Translations under genes and position numbers: made by a program | Notes under the pieces: model-generated | Told to the model about the DNA's origin: nothing | The model's database searches: none | Seen by the model: the letters and a program-made list of their open reading frames with translations, nothing else | DNA from: Octopus vulgaris | Taxonomy: Eukaryota | NCBI GenBank assembly: GCA_951406725.2 | Contig: OX597839.1 | Coordinates: 24,304,001 to 24,368,000 of the forward strand | DNA length: 64,000 nucleotides | Reading direction: 5' to 3' | In this document: piece by piece, positions 27,044 to 40,937 of the stretch | Numbering within the stretch: the stretch's first letter is position 1 | Layout: the number at the start of each line of letters is the position of its first letter

Positions 27044-28794
27044 GGGGATGTACTTTCGCTATGAGAGATCCTGAGTGACAGTAGAGATCCAATAACTGGA
27101 GCGATTTCGAGGGCTCTAAGGTTAAGGGTTGCTTACAAAAGGGTTCAGGTGTAGTGTGACACTTTCTTGATACGAGTAATATTCATATTTTGTTACTGAC
27201 AAACGAAAGGTAAGATTGGAATATCCCAGGGGTGTTGTCAGGGTCTCTGTTCATGGAATCATTGCAGGTGTGGTGTGTTGGCGTTGGAGTTGTAAGTGGG
27301 TGATGTATGGGTTGCGGAAGGTTAGGGAGGAAGGAAGGGTTAGGGTTAGTTTTTCTTTTGGTTCCTCCCTTTCTACTTGTTTCAGTCATTAGACTGTGGC
27401 CATGCTGGGGCACCACATTGAAGAATTTTAATGGAACAAATCAACCACAGTACTTAATGTTAAAGTCTGGTATTTATTCTATTGGTTTCTTTTGCTGAAC
27501 CGCTATGTCACCTGGGCGTAAACATACCAAAACTGGTTGTGAATCGGAGGGGGGGCAACACATATATGTATATATACATACATATGATGAGCTTCTTTCA
27601 GTTTCTAACTATCAAATCCACTCACAAACAAAGCTTCGGTCAGTCCAGAGCAATAGTAGAAGACACTAGCCCAGGGTGCCATGCAGTGGGACTGAACCCA
27701 GAACCATGTGGTTGGGAAGCAAACTTCTTACCACACAGCCATACCTGCCCCCTGTGTCATTTGTGTAAGAGAGGGTGTTTTTTAGTTGGATGTGGGGGGC
27801 AGCAAATAAGATTGATATAAAGAAAGAAGAGGGTGGGGACAAAACTGAACCCTAGGGCATTAGTAAGAAAGAGAAAATGCTCTCCTCCAAATACACAAGG
27901 GGAAAGCGGGATCTGATAGAAAGCTACAGAGTCAAGGGATAAAGAGACAGGTAGAAACCCTAAATGCATAGTTGGTGCCACATATAAAGCACAGTAATCA
28001 CTTGACCGACCAGGCTATCAGGGGTCATTACACATCGCTAGTCACAATGCGCTTTTGCATTGTTTTAGCCTTCAAATGATGCCACCCTACTGGCTAGGTG
28101 ATCAGGCCAACATCCTCCATCACTGATCAAAAGGGGGACTGGAGCAACATGAAATGAAGTGTTTTGCCCAAGAACAAAATGCCTTGCCCATCCAGGGAAT
28201 TGAACCCACAAACTAGCGATCATGAATGCAACAGCCTAACCACTAGGCCACATGTCTTCACAGGTACCCAGTACACTCTGTAAAGTGGTTGGCATTTCAA
28301 AGAGCAGTCAGCTGTAGAAATCATGCCAAAGCATGGCAAGAGGGGCCTAGTGCAGCCCTCTGGCTTGCCAGCTCCTGTCAAACCGTCCAACCCATGCCAG
28401 CATGGAAAACGGATGTTAGATGGTGACGATGATGAAAGAAGGGAACATTGCTTCAATCAAGTCTCTCCAAAGCAAAAACCACAGCAGTGAGTGAATGGTG
28501 CTTGAGGAGGCCATCCAGTGGAAAGTGACCCGACAGCAAACTCTGCTGGTGATCATGAGAGAGAGATTCAAAGAATTGCAGGAGGTTACCATTAATGGCC
28601 AACTCCACGACAAGTGAGTGTGATAGAGTAATATATAGTTTGGAGGGCCAGAATGGTCAACTGTCTTGGAGCTGAGACCTATTGCAGCAGGTTTCCAAAA
28701 ATTAGGTAGGTCCATGTCAAAGTGGAGAGATTAAAAGCATGCAGCCCTCAAGCATCCTTCTGGAGAATCCCAGTTTTCCCCTCTTTAAAGCTAA

Positions 28795-29067
28795 TGTCGG
28801 CTGTGGGGTCACTCTGAAAAGCTCTATCTGTGACGATTTCATCTCAATCGAAGGAGAGGGGCTTTCTCCGTCCAGGTTGTGGATCCGTGGAATAAGCTGC
28901 CAGACAAGATGGTGAAGATGCCGACGACCGCTCGGTTCAAAATCTCCCTTGACCTCAAGTGGCCTGAACTCTTTACATGAACACCACCCTGTACATAACT
29001 CCATGTCCCCCTACATGGCCTTGCTTTTTGCTGTTTGAGCCAAAATATTACCTAACTAACTAACTAA
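28795..29067 (+). mobile_element. CR1-type LINE 3' end (ORF2 C-terminus remnant plus tail)
   Basis: Translates RLWGHSEKLYL*RFHLNRRRGAFSVQVVDPWNKLPDKMVKMPTTARFKISLDLKW, the typical CR1 C-terminal pattern (GHxxKL...FSxxVVxxWNxLP...FKxxLD). Followed by a (CTAA)n tail. Confidence 0.8.
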
Positions 29068-29610
29068 GATTTTTCTTAATTGACTTGTGCCTTACAATTT
29101 TTGGCGTGTCCTCTTAAAAGATGTTCAGGTTTTGGATCTGGCCCAGATATCAAAAAGGTTGAGAACCACTGGAATAAAGGATTTGGTGAGTGTAGGAAGG
29201 GATCAGCTCTGGGGTGCAGTGTCTGAGGGTAAAGAAGGGGACAGTGTCAGGAAATAGTGACTTTTCTGAGGTTCGAAGTGACCAAAAGCATTTTCATACT
29301 TGGTGTGTGTGTGTGTGTGTGTGCATGCGAAGCAGTGGTGGCCATGGTAAGGGTGGAAGTGAATAAGAATTGGAAGAAATTTGTTGTGTGTGTGCGACAG
29401 TGTGGATGGAGTGGGCTGCAAACCAGGGGCAGTGATGAAAGCGGGAGACATTTTGCATTGCAGGTAAGTTACTGTACACAGAACCATCGCTAAGCCAGGA
29501 AAGTGGGATTCTACACACATTTACAATTACCCCCACACCTATGTGTGTGTGTGTGTGCATGCACATCTGAGTGTGTGTGTATATGTGTGTGTGTGTGCAT
29601 GCACATCTGA

Positions 29611-29647
<37 letters not shown>

Positions 29648-29975
29648 CATGCAATCTGAGTGTGTGTATATGTGTGTAAATATAACACCAGCTCCCCCCG
29701 CTTTTTTTATTCAGTTACCTTATCAAAACCGATATACATTCTACCTTGTATTATTAATATATACACTCTAACTTGTATTTTAATGCCAGCCACTTTAAAT
29801 GTTCTTCTTCTCCCTCGCTCTTCTCTCATAAAGCAATATCTCTCAGTGCCTGCCATAACTGCTTTCTGCTGCTTTCCGTCCATTTTCCACAAATAACTTT
29901 TATATATCCACATCACATAATTTCCATCACTGTAACATTTTTCTTTTCCCCCAAATATTATAGAGTTCGCCTTCC

Positions 29976-30008
<33 letters not shown>

Positions 30009-30399
30009 TACAGCCAAAGAACATAATTAGTTCTTAGAGAGATGTGTTCCGAAGACTGCTCCTTATGGCAGCGGTTAATATCAGGTGCCAATGAAGAAGA
30101 ATTTAGGTAGAGAGAATGAGCTGGGAAATAAGAAGGCAGTAATTTGCAGGTCTTTATTTTAGGGCCATTAGGGGAGTTTAGAAAGTAAAAAGGCAATGAA
30201 TTGCACCCACAACCCCTAAAATTGTGGTGTCCATGAGAGGGAACAACAACAACAAAGGGTTATTATAGTGGTGGTGGTGGAGGTGTGTGTGTGTGTGTGT
30301 GTGGAGAGAGAAATTTGGAAGGAGAAATGGTAAGAGAAAGATTATGGAGAAAGGAATATAAAAAAAAATGTTGAATATCTTGGCTATAGACACATTACA

Positions 30400-31726
30400 C
30401 ACGGTTATAACAGAATTGAGAGAGAGAGAAGAGAGATTGATAGAGAGAGAGAGAGTAGATTGATAGAGAGAGAGAGAGTAGATTAAAAGAGAGAGGGGGA
30501 AAGATTGATAGAGAGATTCAAAGAAAGAGAGGTAGAAGAGATTGATAAAGAGAGAAAGGAGATTCAAAGAGAGAAAGGAGATTCAAAGAGAGAAAGGAGA
30601 ATCAAAGAGAGAGGGTGAGAACTAGAAAAAAGAAAGGAAGAGCTTCATTGAGAGAGGGGGGTTTCATAGAGGGGAAGAGTTATGCAGAGGGAAAGGATTG
30701 ATAGAGAGGAGGGGGGTGAGAGGTCTAATGAGAGGAGGGGAATGGATTTATATATATATATATAGAGAGAGAGGGGGGGAGGAAAAATTTCAGTAAGGGA
30801 GAAAGTGAGAGAGGGGGGGAATAGATTTGTCAGTTGATTGTATTATGGAGAGAAAGGAATGTAGGAAGAGATTGTTGGATTAGAAAGAAGATGGATATCA
30901 AGTGGATGATGGAAGGAAATTAGAGAGAGAAAGAGGATAATTGAAGAAGTGAAATGGAGAAGAACGGTACAAGGTGAAGAGGGTAAGGAGAGGGAGGGAG
31001 AGAGAGAGAGAGACAGTAAGAGAGGAGGAGTAAGAGGAGTTGTGGGGGAGATGGGAGGAGGAATAAATGAGGTGGTTGAGGTTTGGAGAATGAAAGAGAG
31101 TGACAATAAGTGAGGTGGGAAAGTGAGAGAAAGGGAGTAAGAGAGAGAGAGGGGGGGGGAATGTAGAGAAGAACGAGGGGAAGGGAGGAACGAAGGGACA
31201 GAGAGGGGTAGGAAGAGAGAGGTAGGTGAGACGAGGGAGAAAGTGAGAGAGAAAAAAGGCGCCGGAAAGAGAGGCTAGGAAAAAGAGAGGGGGGGGGAGA
31301 AAGTGAGAGATAAAGGAGAAACGAAGGAACAGACAGAGAGGGAGAAAGAAAGGACAGAGAAAGCGAGAGAGGGGGAGGGAGAGCGGATGAAATATAAAGG
31401 CTTTGAGGAGGAGAGAGGGAGAGAAAAAGATAAGAGAGTGTGAGAGAGAAGAACGAAATAAATAGTCAAGTAGAATAAATCCCTTTTATTTTCGTTTTAT
31501 TGCTTCCACTTCGTTCGGGAGGGAGAGAGAGAGTGGGGAAAGGTGGGAGAGGAGAGGATGAAAAGAGAGAAAAAAGATAGGTGAGAGACAGATGAGAAGC
31601 AGAGAGGGAGAGAGGAGGGTGAAGTGAAAGAATGTAAAGTGTAGTAGTATTAGTAGTGGTGTGAGGAGAAATAGAGGGAGGAGTGAGAGGGTGTAAGATG
31701 TGATGTGAGGTGCGAGAAAGGGAGAA

Positions 31727-31797
<71 letters not shown>

Positions 31798-32620
31798 TGA
31801 TGTGATAGGGAATCAAAAAGGAGATATATAGGTATGACAAGTTGTGAATAGAAAGTTGGATTTAGAGAATAAATGAAGACAAATAGGAGAGGAGGAGAGT
31901 CGTAAAAGATGGGAGATGAGGAGGGGAGAGAGAGTGAAGGAATGAGGCAAAGAAAGAAAGAGAATATGAGAGAATGAATACGGGTAGGAGAGAGAGAGAG
32001 AGAGATGGAATATGAAAGAGTGATGTGAAATGATGAAAGAGTAATAGAGAGAGAGAGGGAGAGATAAATACAGTGATTGGCTTGGAGAGAGGGGGGAGAG
32101 GAAGGAGATTTTGGAAGAGAGAGAGAGAGAAAGAATATGAACGAGAAGCAGGAGAAGGTACTGGCTGTGAACGAGAGAAGGATAAAGTGTGAAAGAGAGA
32201 GTATGAATGAAGGTTTAGAAAGAGTGAGTAGGATAAGAGAGAAAATAGAGAGAGAAAGGGTGAGTAGGATAAGAGAGAAAATAGAGAGAGAAAGGGTGAG
32301 TACGAGAGAGAGAAAATAGAGAGAGAAAGGGTGAGTACGAGAGAGAGAGAGAGAGGCAGAGAGAGTTAGAGATAAGAGTGTAAGAAATATGAGAGTGGAG
32401 AGTGAGTACAAGGCAGAGTGGATATCAGAGAGAGTGAGTAAGAGAGAGAATGGAAATAAGAGGGAGTGAGTGAGTGCAATGAGAGAGAATGTAGAAAAAG
32501 AGAGCGAGTATTTTAAGAGCTTATAAGAGAGAGAGAGAGAGACAGACAGAGACATGAATGTGACGAGAGAGAGTGAATGTTATAAAAGAAAGAGAGAGAG
32601 AGAAGAGAGAGGGGGGAACG
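30400..32620. repeat. Purine-rich (GA) low-complexity tract of about 2.2 kb
   Basis: Strong strand asymmetry. Similar tracts lie at 11640-12125 and 39250-39900, and pyrimidine-rich counterparts at 350-860 and 2140-2960. Confidence 0.85.
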
Positions 32621-33052
32621 TGTGCGTGTGTGTGTGTGTGTGTGACAACTGTTTGTAACAAGTGTAATAGATATATCAGTACACAGGAAATTTAGCAGCG
32701 AACCGAAGAGGCAACATGAGGCCGAGGTATATAACACGTCACGTCGATGATAGAAGCACGGAATAGCAAATATTGACATTTGTTAGAGAGAAATTAAAGC
32801 GGAAAGACAGAGACAGAGAGAGAGAGATATATATATACAGAGAGAAGCCGGCATGTTGGTTGTCACCCCTTCCTCTTCCATTTCCTCTCTTTCCAAAATG
32901 TTCCAAGCAGAAAACAAGGGAGGCAACTTTGAACTGTCTTAAAACACAAAAACCTCACAAAACGGCTCAGATGGACGAGAAATAGGAATTTTCTCTCTTA
33001 AATAGGAACATTAAGGGACACACACGCACCTGCGCGAGGGTGTGTGCGTGCC

Positions 33053-33087
<35 letters not shown>

Positions 33088-33121
33088 AATGCGCGTGCAC
33101 AAACATGTATGCTTTAATTCG

Positions 33122-33356
33122 TTTACTTGTTTCAGCCATTTGACTGCGGCCATACTGGAGCATCGCCTTTAGTCGTACAAATCGACCCCAGGACTTATTC
33201 TATGTAAGCTTATTACTTATTCTATCGATCTCTTTTGCCGAACCGCTAAGTTACGGAGACGTAAATAACAAAATAACACCAACATTGGTTGTCAAGTAAG
33301 CGATGGTGGCGGGGGACAAACAAAGACACAAATATATACGCGTATATGTGTGTGTA

Positions 33357-33402
<46 letters not shown>

Positions 33403-34020
33403 TATAAGTATATATATGACGGGTTTCTTTCAGTTTCCATCTACCAAATTCACTCGCAAGCTTTTGGTCGGCCCAAGGCTGTAGTAGAAGACACTTGCCC
33501 AAGGTGCCAAACAGTTTCACTCGTTTGACAGCAGCCATGCTGGAGCACCACCTCGAAGGACTTGCAGTCGATCAAATCTACCTCAGCACTTGATTCTTTT
33601 TCAAAAAACGTTGTCAAACAGAGAAGCACAAATAAGCACATCGATTCTGTAGTAAGAAGCTTGCTTCCCTTCCCAACCACATGGTTCCGGGTTCGGTACC
33701 ACTGTGTGACACCTTCGGCAAGTGTCTTCTACTATAGCCTCGGGCCGAGATTTGGTAGAGGGAAACTGAAAGAAGCCCATCGCACATATATGTGTGTGTG
33801 TTTATGTTTGTTTGTCCCCCACCACCACTTGGCAACCGGTGTTGGCATGTTTACGTCCCCGTAGCATAGCAGTTCAACAAATAAGCCCAATAGAACAAAT
33901 ACCAGGCTTAACAATGAAAATAACTACCTGGGTCGATTCATTTGACTGAAAGAAAAAATACTTCAAGACGGTGCCCCAGCAGGGCCGCAATCTAATGACT
34001 GGAACAAGTAAAAAAAAAAA
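33122..34020. mobile_element. Two oppositely oriented SINE family A copies (about 33122-33510 minus; about 33645-34020 plus)
   Basis: Family A body motifs are present on both strands. Confidence 0.75.
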
Positions 34021-34264
34021 TTAAGAAACAAAAGATTAACATCTTTTTCTATGCTGGCATGGGTTGGACGCTTTTGACATGAACAGACGGCATAGAGGGC
34101 AGCCCTTATTCTAAGGTCCACTTTGCCATGGTTGAGATACAAAGGATATCATTTCAGGGGTCCCTAACAGGTGATGACTTAGCTTTCATTTCTTTTCAGA
34201 AGGTAACTCGTTAGAAATAACGAAGGCAACCAGATGAAACTTTGAATAATGGATAACATGTACC

Positions 34265-34495
34265 TATTTCTTTACTACCCACAAGGGGCTAAACACAGAG
34301 GGGACAAACAAGGACAGACAAACGGATCAAGTCAATTACACTAACCCCAGTGCGTAACTGGTACTTAATTTATCGACCCCGAAAGGATGAAAGGCAAAGT
34401 CGACCTCGGCGGAATTTGAACTCAGAACGTAACGGCAGACGAAATATGGCTACGCATTTCGCCCGGCGTGCTATCAATTCTGCCAGCTCACCACC
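34265..34495 (-). mobile_element. SINE family C, variant with an alternative 3' tail
   Basis: Same head and central block. The tail TTTGTCCCCTCTGTGTTTAGCCCCTTGTGGG is shared with the copy at 61651-61876. Confidence 0.8.
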
Positions 34496-34932
34496 ATAGA
34501 AGATATAAATGTGTGAGTGTGTGTGTGTTTTATCATTTCCTTGTTTCAATCACTAGACTGCGACCATGCTGGGGCACCACCTTGAAGAATTTTAGCTGAA
34601 TAATTTGGCTCCAGGGCTTCCCCCCCCCCTTAAGGCCTGGCGCGTATTTTTTCAGTCTCTTTTGCCGAACTGCAAAATTACATGGCTGTAAACAAACCAA
34701 TACCGCTCAAACGCACACACACTTACACACACACATATACATACAAAGGACTTCTTTCAGTTTCTGTCTATCAAATCAATTTATGAGGCCTTGGTCGGCC
34801 CGAGGTTTATAGCAGAAGACACTTGCCCTAGGTGCCACACAGTGGGACTGAACTCGGAACCATGTGGTTGGGAAGCAAACTTCTTACCATGCAGCAATGC
34901 CTGCACCTGTATATACATACATACATACACAC

Positions 34933-35346
34933 GCAGAGTGCAGTGAAAGCATTTGAGGAGGCCAGGATAGCGCCTGCAAGACACAATCTCAGGAACCTTT
35001 TTGTGAGCACAATTTGTGACAGACCATTTCTTTCTTTTGCTGGGCTCAAATCTCATTTGCGAACCCATGGAAAACAAACCTCCACTAACTATTCAGCTTA
35101 TATATCTGTGCATATCTTTCAATGCCATGTATGCTATAAGGCCTGCAAATCTAACGGAGGCCTCAAAAAATTTTTTTAAATCCACAAAGATTAGAACTTA
35201 ACTGTAGCTCTTAGTAATCTAAGTTGGATATGCAATTTCTGTGGGTCTTTTCGTTACATTGTCTGGTTTAAAAAGCTACATGATGGATCTAAGGTGTAGG
35301 TAGGTACAAGAGGTGGTCAGACTCTGCATAAGGAGTAGACAACTAT
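34933..35346 (+). mobile_element. RTE-like LINE 3' remnant with degenerate C2H2 zinc fingers
   Basis: AVKAFEEARI...ICDRPFLSFAGLKSHLRTH...FQCHVCYKACKSNGGLKK, then a frameshifted WICNFCG...LSGLKSYM. Ends in a microsatellite and has no splice-supported gene context. Confidence 0.6.
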
Positions 35347-36271
35347 CACACACACACACAAACCAACAACAATAAAACACCATCTCTCTGTCTATTTCAG
35401 TTACCCTTCATTCACACTCTGCTCTCCTGGTGGTTTGTGACTAATTATAATTTTAAAAGTAGGCAGCAAGCTAGTAGTATCATTAGCACACCGGACACTG
35501 TACATTCTGGGTTCAAATAACAAGAAGGTTTAAATTGACTTTCATTCTTTCTAGATTGATAAAATAAATACCAGTTAAGTACCGAGATCCAAGTTAATCA
35601 ATTAACCCATCCCTTTAAAATTCTTCACCTTGAGCCAAAATTAGAAAGTATTATTATTATTCAGACACCTAGTGGTGGATAAGAGTGATTATGTTTCCTC
35701 AAAGAAACTCTAGTTGTCAATGAGGATGAACTAATTGATCGATTTCAGAAGACTTTTGAGGACCAGAATTACAAGAGAAACCCTTGGCCTGGCAATGTTA
35801 CTGAGGAGCACTACCAGTTCAAAATAGATTCTATGGGAACAAAAGTGGCACCGGGTAAGGCTGACTGGGATTTGCGACAAAACCAATGCTGCAGGCATTG
35901 ACTATTCATGTCAAAGAGCTGTTAAAGCATGTAAGGCTTAACTCATTACGAGGATTGCCCCACCAGCCACCTTTCACAAGGCTGAGCAGGCAGTGACTCT
36001 CTGTCCAGTGGCAATGGCAAAGGTTGTATGGTGGACAAGGCTGAAAGCATAGAGGAAAGACATGTACCTCTTTGGTCAAGCTCTCATCATCATCATTATT
36101 CAATGTCCCCTGTCTGTGCTGGTTCAACAGGAGCTGGAAAGTCAGAGAGCTGAACCTGGATCCGATTCTGTTTTGGAATGGTTTCTAAGGTTGGATGTCT
36201 TATTAAGGCCAAGCAATTTACAGAGAGTTCTGAGTGCTTTTTAAATGGTGCTGGCATGGGTGTTCATTATG

Positions 36272-36703
36272 TGGCTCTGGCTTGGGTACTCTCTACATGA
36301 GGCTGACATGGGTGCTCTCTAAGTGGGGCTGACACGGATGCTCTTTACATGGCACTAGCGTGAGTGTACATCGTGGTGTTGGCACAGGTGCTTTATATAT
36401 GGTGCCAGCACGTGAAGAGGGAAGTGCTATCTCCCAGTGAATTTGTGAAGAGGGAGGGGCAACTGTGGCCAAAATGGTTAGAATGAATGGCTCTGGCTTG
36501 AGTACTCTCTACATGAGGCTGACATGGGTGCTCTCTAAGTGGGTCTGACACAGATGCTCTTTACATGGCACCAGCATGAGTGTACATCATGGTGTTGAGA
36601 CAGGTGCTTTATATATGGTGCCAGCACGTGAAGAGGGAAGTGCTATCTCCCGGTGAATTTGTGAAGAGGGAGGAGCATCTGTGGCCAAAATGGTTAGAAT
36701 GAA
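36272..36703. repeat. Tandem duplication, 2 x 216 bp
   Basis: Units start at 36272 and 36488 with TGGC microhomology at the junctions and few substitutions. Confidence 0.9.
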
Positions 36704-37549
36704 TGGCCCTACTCTATAATTACCCCTATAAATTTGAGCACAGTCAAGGGTGCAACTCATGCTTTTGGTGGTCAGGGTGATCCTGAAACTTTGGGGTTCC
36801 TTGATTGGCCCCAGATGGAGTATCTCCCGCATCGCAAGTTTGCACATACTTATTCTTTTACTTGTTTCAGTCATTTGACTGGCCATGCCGGAGCACCGCT
36901 TTAAAGGGTTTTAGTCGAACAAATCAACCCCAGGACTTATTCCTCGTAAGCCTAGTACTTATTCCATCGGTCTTTTGCCGAACCACTGAGTTACAAGGAC
37001 GTAAATACCAACACCAACGGTTGCCAAGTGATGGTGGGGGGACAAACACAGACATAAATAAATAAATAAATACTATATATATATATAATACTCTTGGAGT
37101 GGTGAGCATCAGGAAGGGCATCCAGCCACAGAAAACCAAGCCAAATCAGATTGGAGTCTGGTGCAGCCAGCCCTGGTCAAGCCATCCAACCCATGCCAGC
37201 ATGGACAACAGAAATTAAATGATGATGGGCTTCCTTCAGTTTCCATCTACCAAATCCACTCGTAAGGCTTTGGTCGGCCTGAGGCTATAGTAAAAGACAT
37301 TTATCATGGCGCCATGCAGCAAGATGGAACCGGGAACCATGTGGTTGAGAAGCAAGCTTCTTATCGCATTTCACCATCTTTTTTCCTTTCTTTCCACACA
37401 CAAATTATAGACTGTACTTTTAATGTCCCCTTCACCTATGCCCCTATGGCAGATGAGACATCATCATCATCATTAGTCCTCCTCATCCTTTGCCCAGGTG
37501 GCAAAGAAATTATTATTATTACCATTATTATTATCATTACCATTATTGC

Positions 37550-37584
<35 letters not shown>

Positions 37585-38139
37585 GACAGTTTGTAATGGC
37601 AAGAAATATTAAAGAAAGCTAAACTGAGATTAAATGGCAACAAACTGGCTGGTAATCTCACATTGATAGACTGGAACCATGCACACAACCATTCACCATC
37701 ACCATCTCCCCCACCTCTCTCTCTCTCTCTCGTTATAAATTATAAATCTCAGCAATGCCATTTTAGTAAGAGTTTTAAGTTCATATGTTAAGATTATTTA
37801 TTCTTAACCTTAACGAAGACATTTATATTCTACGTCCATCCACCACTCAACATTGCAAGACTACAATAATAATAATAATAATAACAATAACAATAATAAT
37901 GGTTAATAATAATAGATTGGTCCAGCCAGTTAGCTTTGGTAATATAGTTGCAGTAGAGGATACAATGTAATACCATATACATATATACACACATATATAT
38001 ATACACACACACACATTCACATATATATACACATATATATATATATATACACACATATATATACACACACATATACATATATATACACACACATACACAT
38101 ATATATACACATAGATATATATATATACACACATATACT

Positions 38140-38187
<48 letters not shown>

Positions 38188-39115
38188 CATACACATATAT
38201 ACACACATCATATTCACATCATGTTAACAGCGCTGAAACCAAGAAGTGCAAAACAGCCAGAACTTCAAGACCGACAAGACGCTTCATTAATAATTATTTT
38301 ATTATTACTAGCTGTTGTTATCATCATCATCATCATCATCATCATTATTATTATTATTACCATTATTTCCCCAACACCCCCATCTTTCCTCCCCCGCCCC
38401 TCCATTTCTGTCTTTCTTATGCTCGATTGTAAAGATTTGCTTAATCTGCAAAATGTTTGCCGAAACCTTTTTCCTATCCGACTTCCTGGCCGAAATCAAT
38501 TGAGAATTTATTTCTATGAAATTGAGGTTAAAGTCAATCCGAGTTCATCAGCAGAGAACTAATCATTCACTGCAATAACTGCACCGCCGCCATCCAACAA
38601 CAACCGCCACCGCCACCACCAACAACAAACTTCACCTCCACCTTCACCGAACGATGGAACGGAGAGCAATTTACAAGACTGAACAGATAGAGAGTGCATG
38701 TGTTATCAATGTGCACAGACACATGCCATATATATAAATATATATATGTATATATATGTATACGTATGTCTATAGATGTGTGTAATTGTGAGGTTATCTC
38801 TCTCCCTCTGTGTACGAGTGTCCGTTGGCCAGTTTTCAAGATTTACAAAGAGAAAATTACAGCTCTATTTCACCAGAAATTATGGCTCTTTTGCTTGAGG
38901 AAATTAGATTTGTTTAGAAGGTGATTGCCTATCAGGGCTAGGACAGCGGTTGTATGTATTGCTGCCGTACACCGGCTATTGTTACAAATGATTTCCCTCT
39001 GAGAGGCAATTCATGCACAAATATATTTTAGATAACAAATGCATTTGCTATTATACTTATATATTTATATACACATGCATGCATGTATGTATGTATATGT
39101 TCTATGTGTCACAGA

Positions 39116-39162
<47 letters not shown>

Positions 39163-40903
39163 AATGATAACTCTGGAGACTTCAGATTAGTATCTCATAA
39201 AGCATATATCTTTATCATGCTTCCCTGAACATGTGTCATCGTTCAACGAGGAAGAATAGAGGGGGGAAGGGGGTGGGGGGGAAGTGGAGATCAAGAGGAG
39301 GAGGAAGAGGGAGGAGGAGATCTGGAGAGTGGACATGAAGACTGAGGGTGGAGGGAAGAGAGGGGAAAGCAAAGTGAAAGGGTAAGTACGAGAGGAGAGG
39401 TGTAGGGAGAGAGAGAGAAATGGAGACCAGGAGAGGGGACATGAAAACTGAGAGGGAGAGGACGATGGGGGAGTGGGGGTGGAAGGGAGCAGTGGCCATC
39501 AAGAGGAAAATTAGAGAGAGAGAGAGAAGTGGGAGAAGTGGAGGAAAAAGAAGAGCTGAAGAGTAGGAAGAGAGACTAAGTGGGAGGGAGATATGGAGGG
39601 GGGAGTAAAGATCAAGAAGGAGACAGAGAGGGTGGAAGGGGAGGTCGCCATGAAGAGGGAGAGAAGAGAGGATAAAGTATAGAGTTGAGAGGGAGAATAG
39701 AGAGAGAGAGAAAAGAGAAAGGAGAGAAAGAGAGGAGAGAGAAGTGGAGCTCTAAAGGAGAAACCGATGAAAAGAGAGATTAAGAAATGAACAGCAAGGT
39801 GAGAGAGAGAGAGAGAGGTGGAAGGAAAAAAGCAGTGATGAAGAGGAAGAGTAAGATGGGGGGGGAAAGAGAAAAAGAGGGACAACAAGAGGCAGAGAGT
39901 AGCTCAGTTTCCCCTTCCCCCTGTCTCTTTCGACCACCACCACCACCACCACCACTGCAGTCTACCCCCCACCCCGTCACCAATAAACACTGTGAAAGCA
40001 AAATCAACTTTGCAGAGAAAAACAATAAACTCGGAGAGAAAAAGAAGCCAGAAACAATTTCAAGTGGTTTCCAAAGTCCCTCAAGCCAGATAGAATTTCT
40101 AAACAATGGTGTGATAAACTGTTCATAGCATTTCAAAGCACACCAACGATGACGATGGCGTACATAAAGAGCTGAGGCAGAAAGGAGAAGCTTTCAGCTC
40201 AACTCGACCACCACCACCACCACCAACACGACAGACAGTAGTTGGAGTGGCCATGGAGAGCTTCAATCAAACAGTTTAAGAAAGACAAAAGCATGTTCTT
40301 GGACTCCACTACACAAGGACACTCACACGGTCACTCTCTCTCTCTCTCGCTCGCTCTGTGTGTGGTGGGGTTTATGTATAAACATACACATAAGCGCAGG
40401 AGTGGCTGTGTGGTAAGTAGCTTGTTTACCAATCACATGGTTCCGGGTTCAGTCCCACTGCGTGGCACCTTGGGCAAGTGTCTTCTACTATAGCCTTGGG
40501 CCAACCAAAGCCTTGTGAGTGGATTTGGTAGACGGAAACTGAAAGAAGCCCGTCGTATATATGTATACACACATATATACACACACAATTATACATATAC
40601 AATGCATATCTATATTTATACACACACACACAACATAGATAGTTTGCACACATACACACACCAACATTTAGACACACACACAAAATAAACATATATTTAG
40701 ACACACAGACACAACATACATATATTTACACACATTCACAACATCCATATATTTACACACACACACAACACATTTACACACATACACAGACACAACATCC
40801 ATATATTTACACACATTCACAACATCCATATATTTACACACACACACAACACATTTACACACATACACAGACACAACATCCATATATTTACACACACATA
40901 CAA

Positions 40904-40937
<34 letters not shown>

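Noticed and set aside
38500-38560. CTGATGA...GAAA on minus as a hammerhead ribozyme
   Set aside because: No convincing stem II or stem I pairing.
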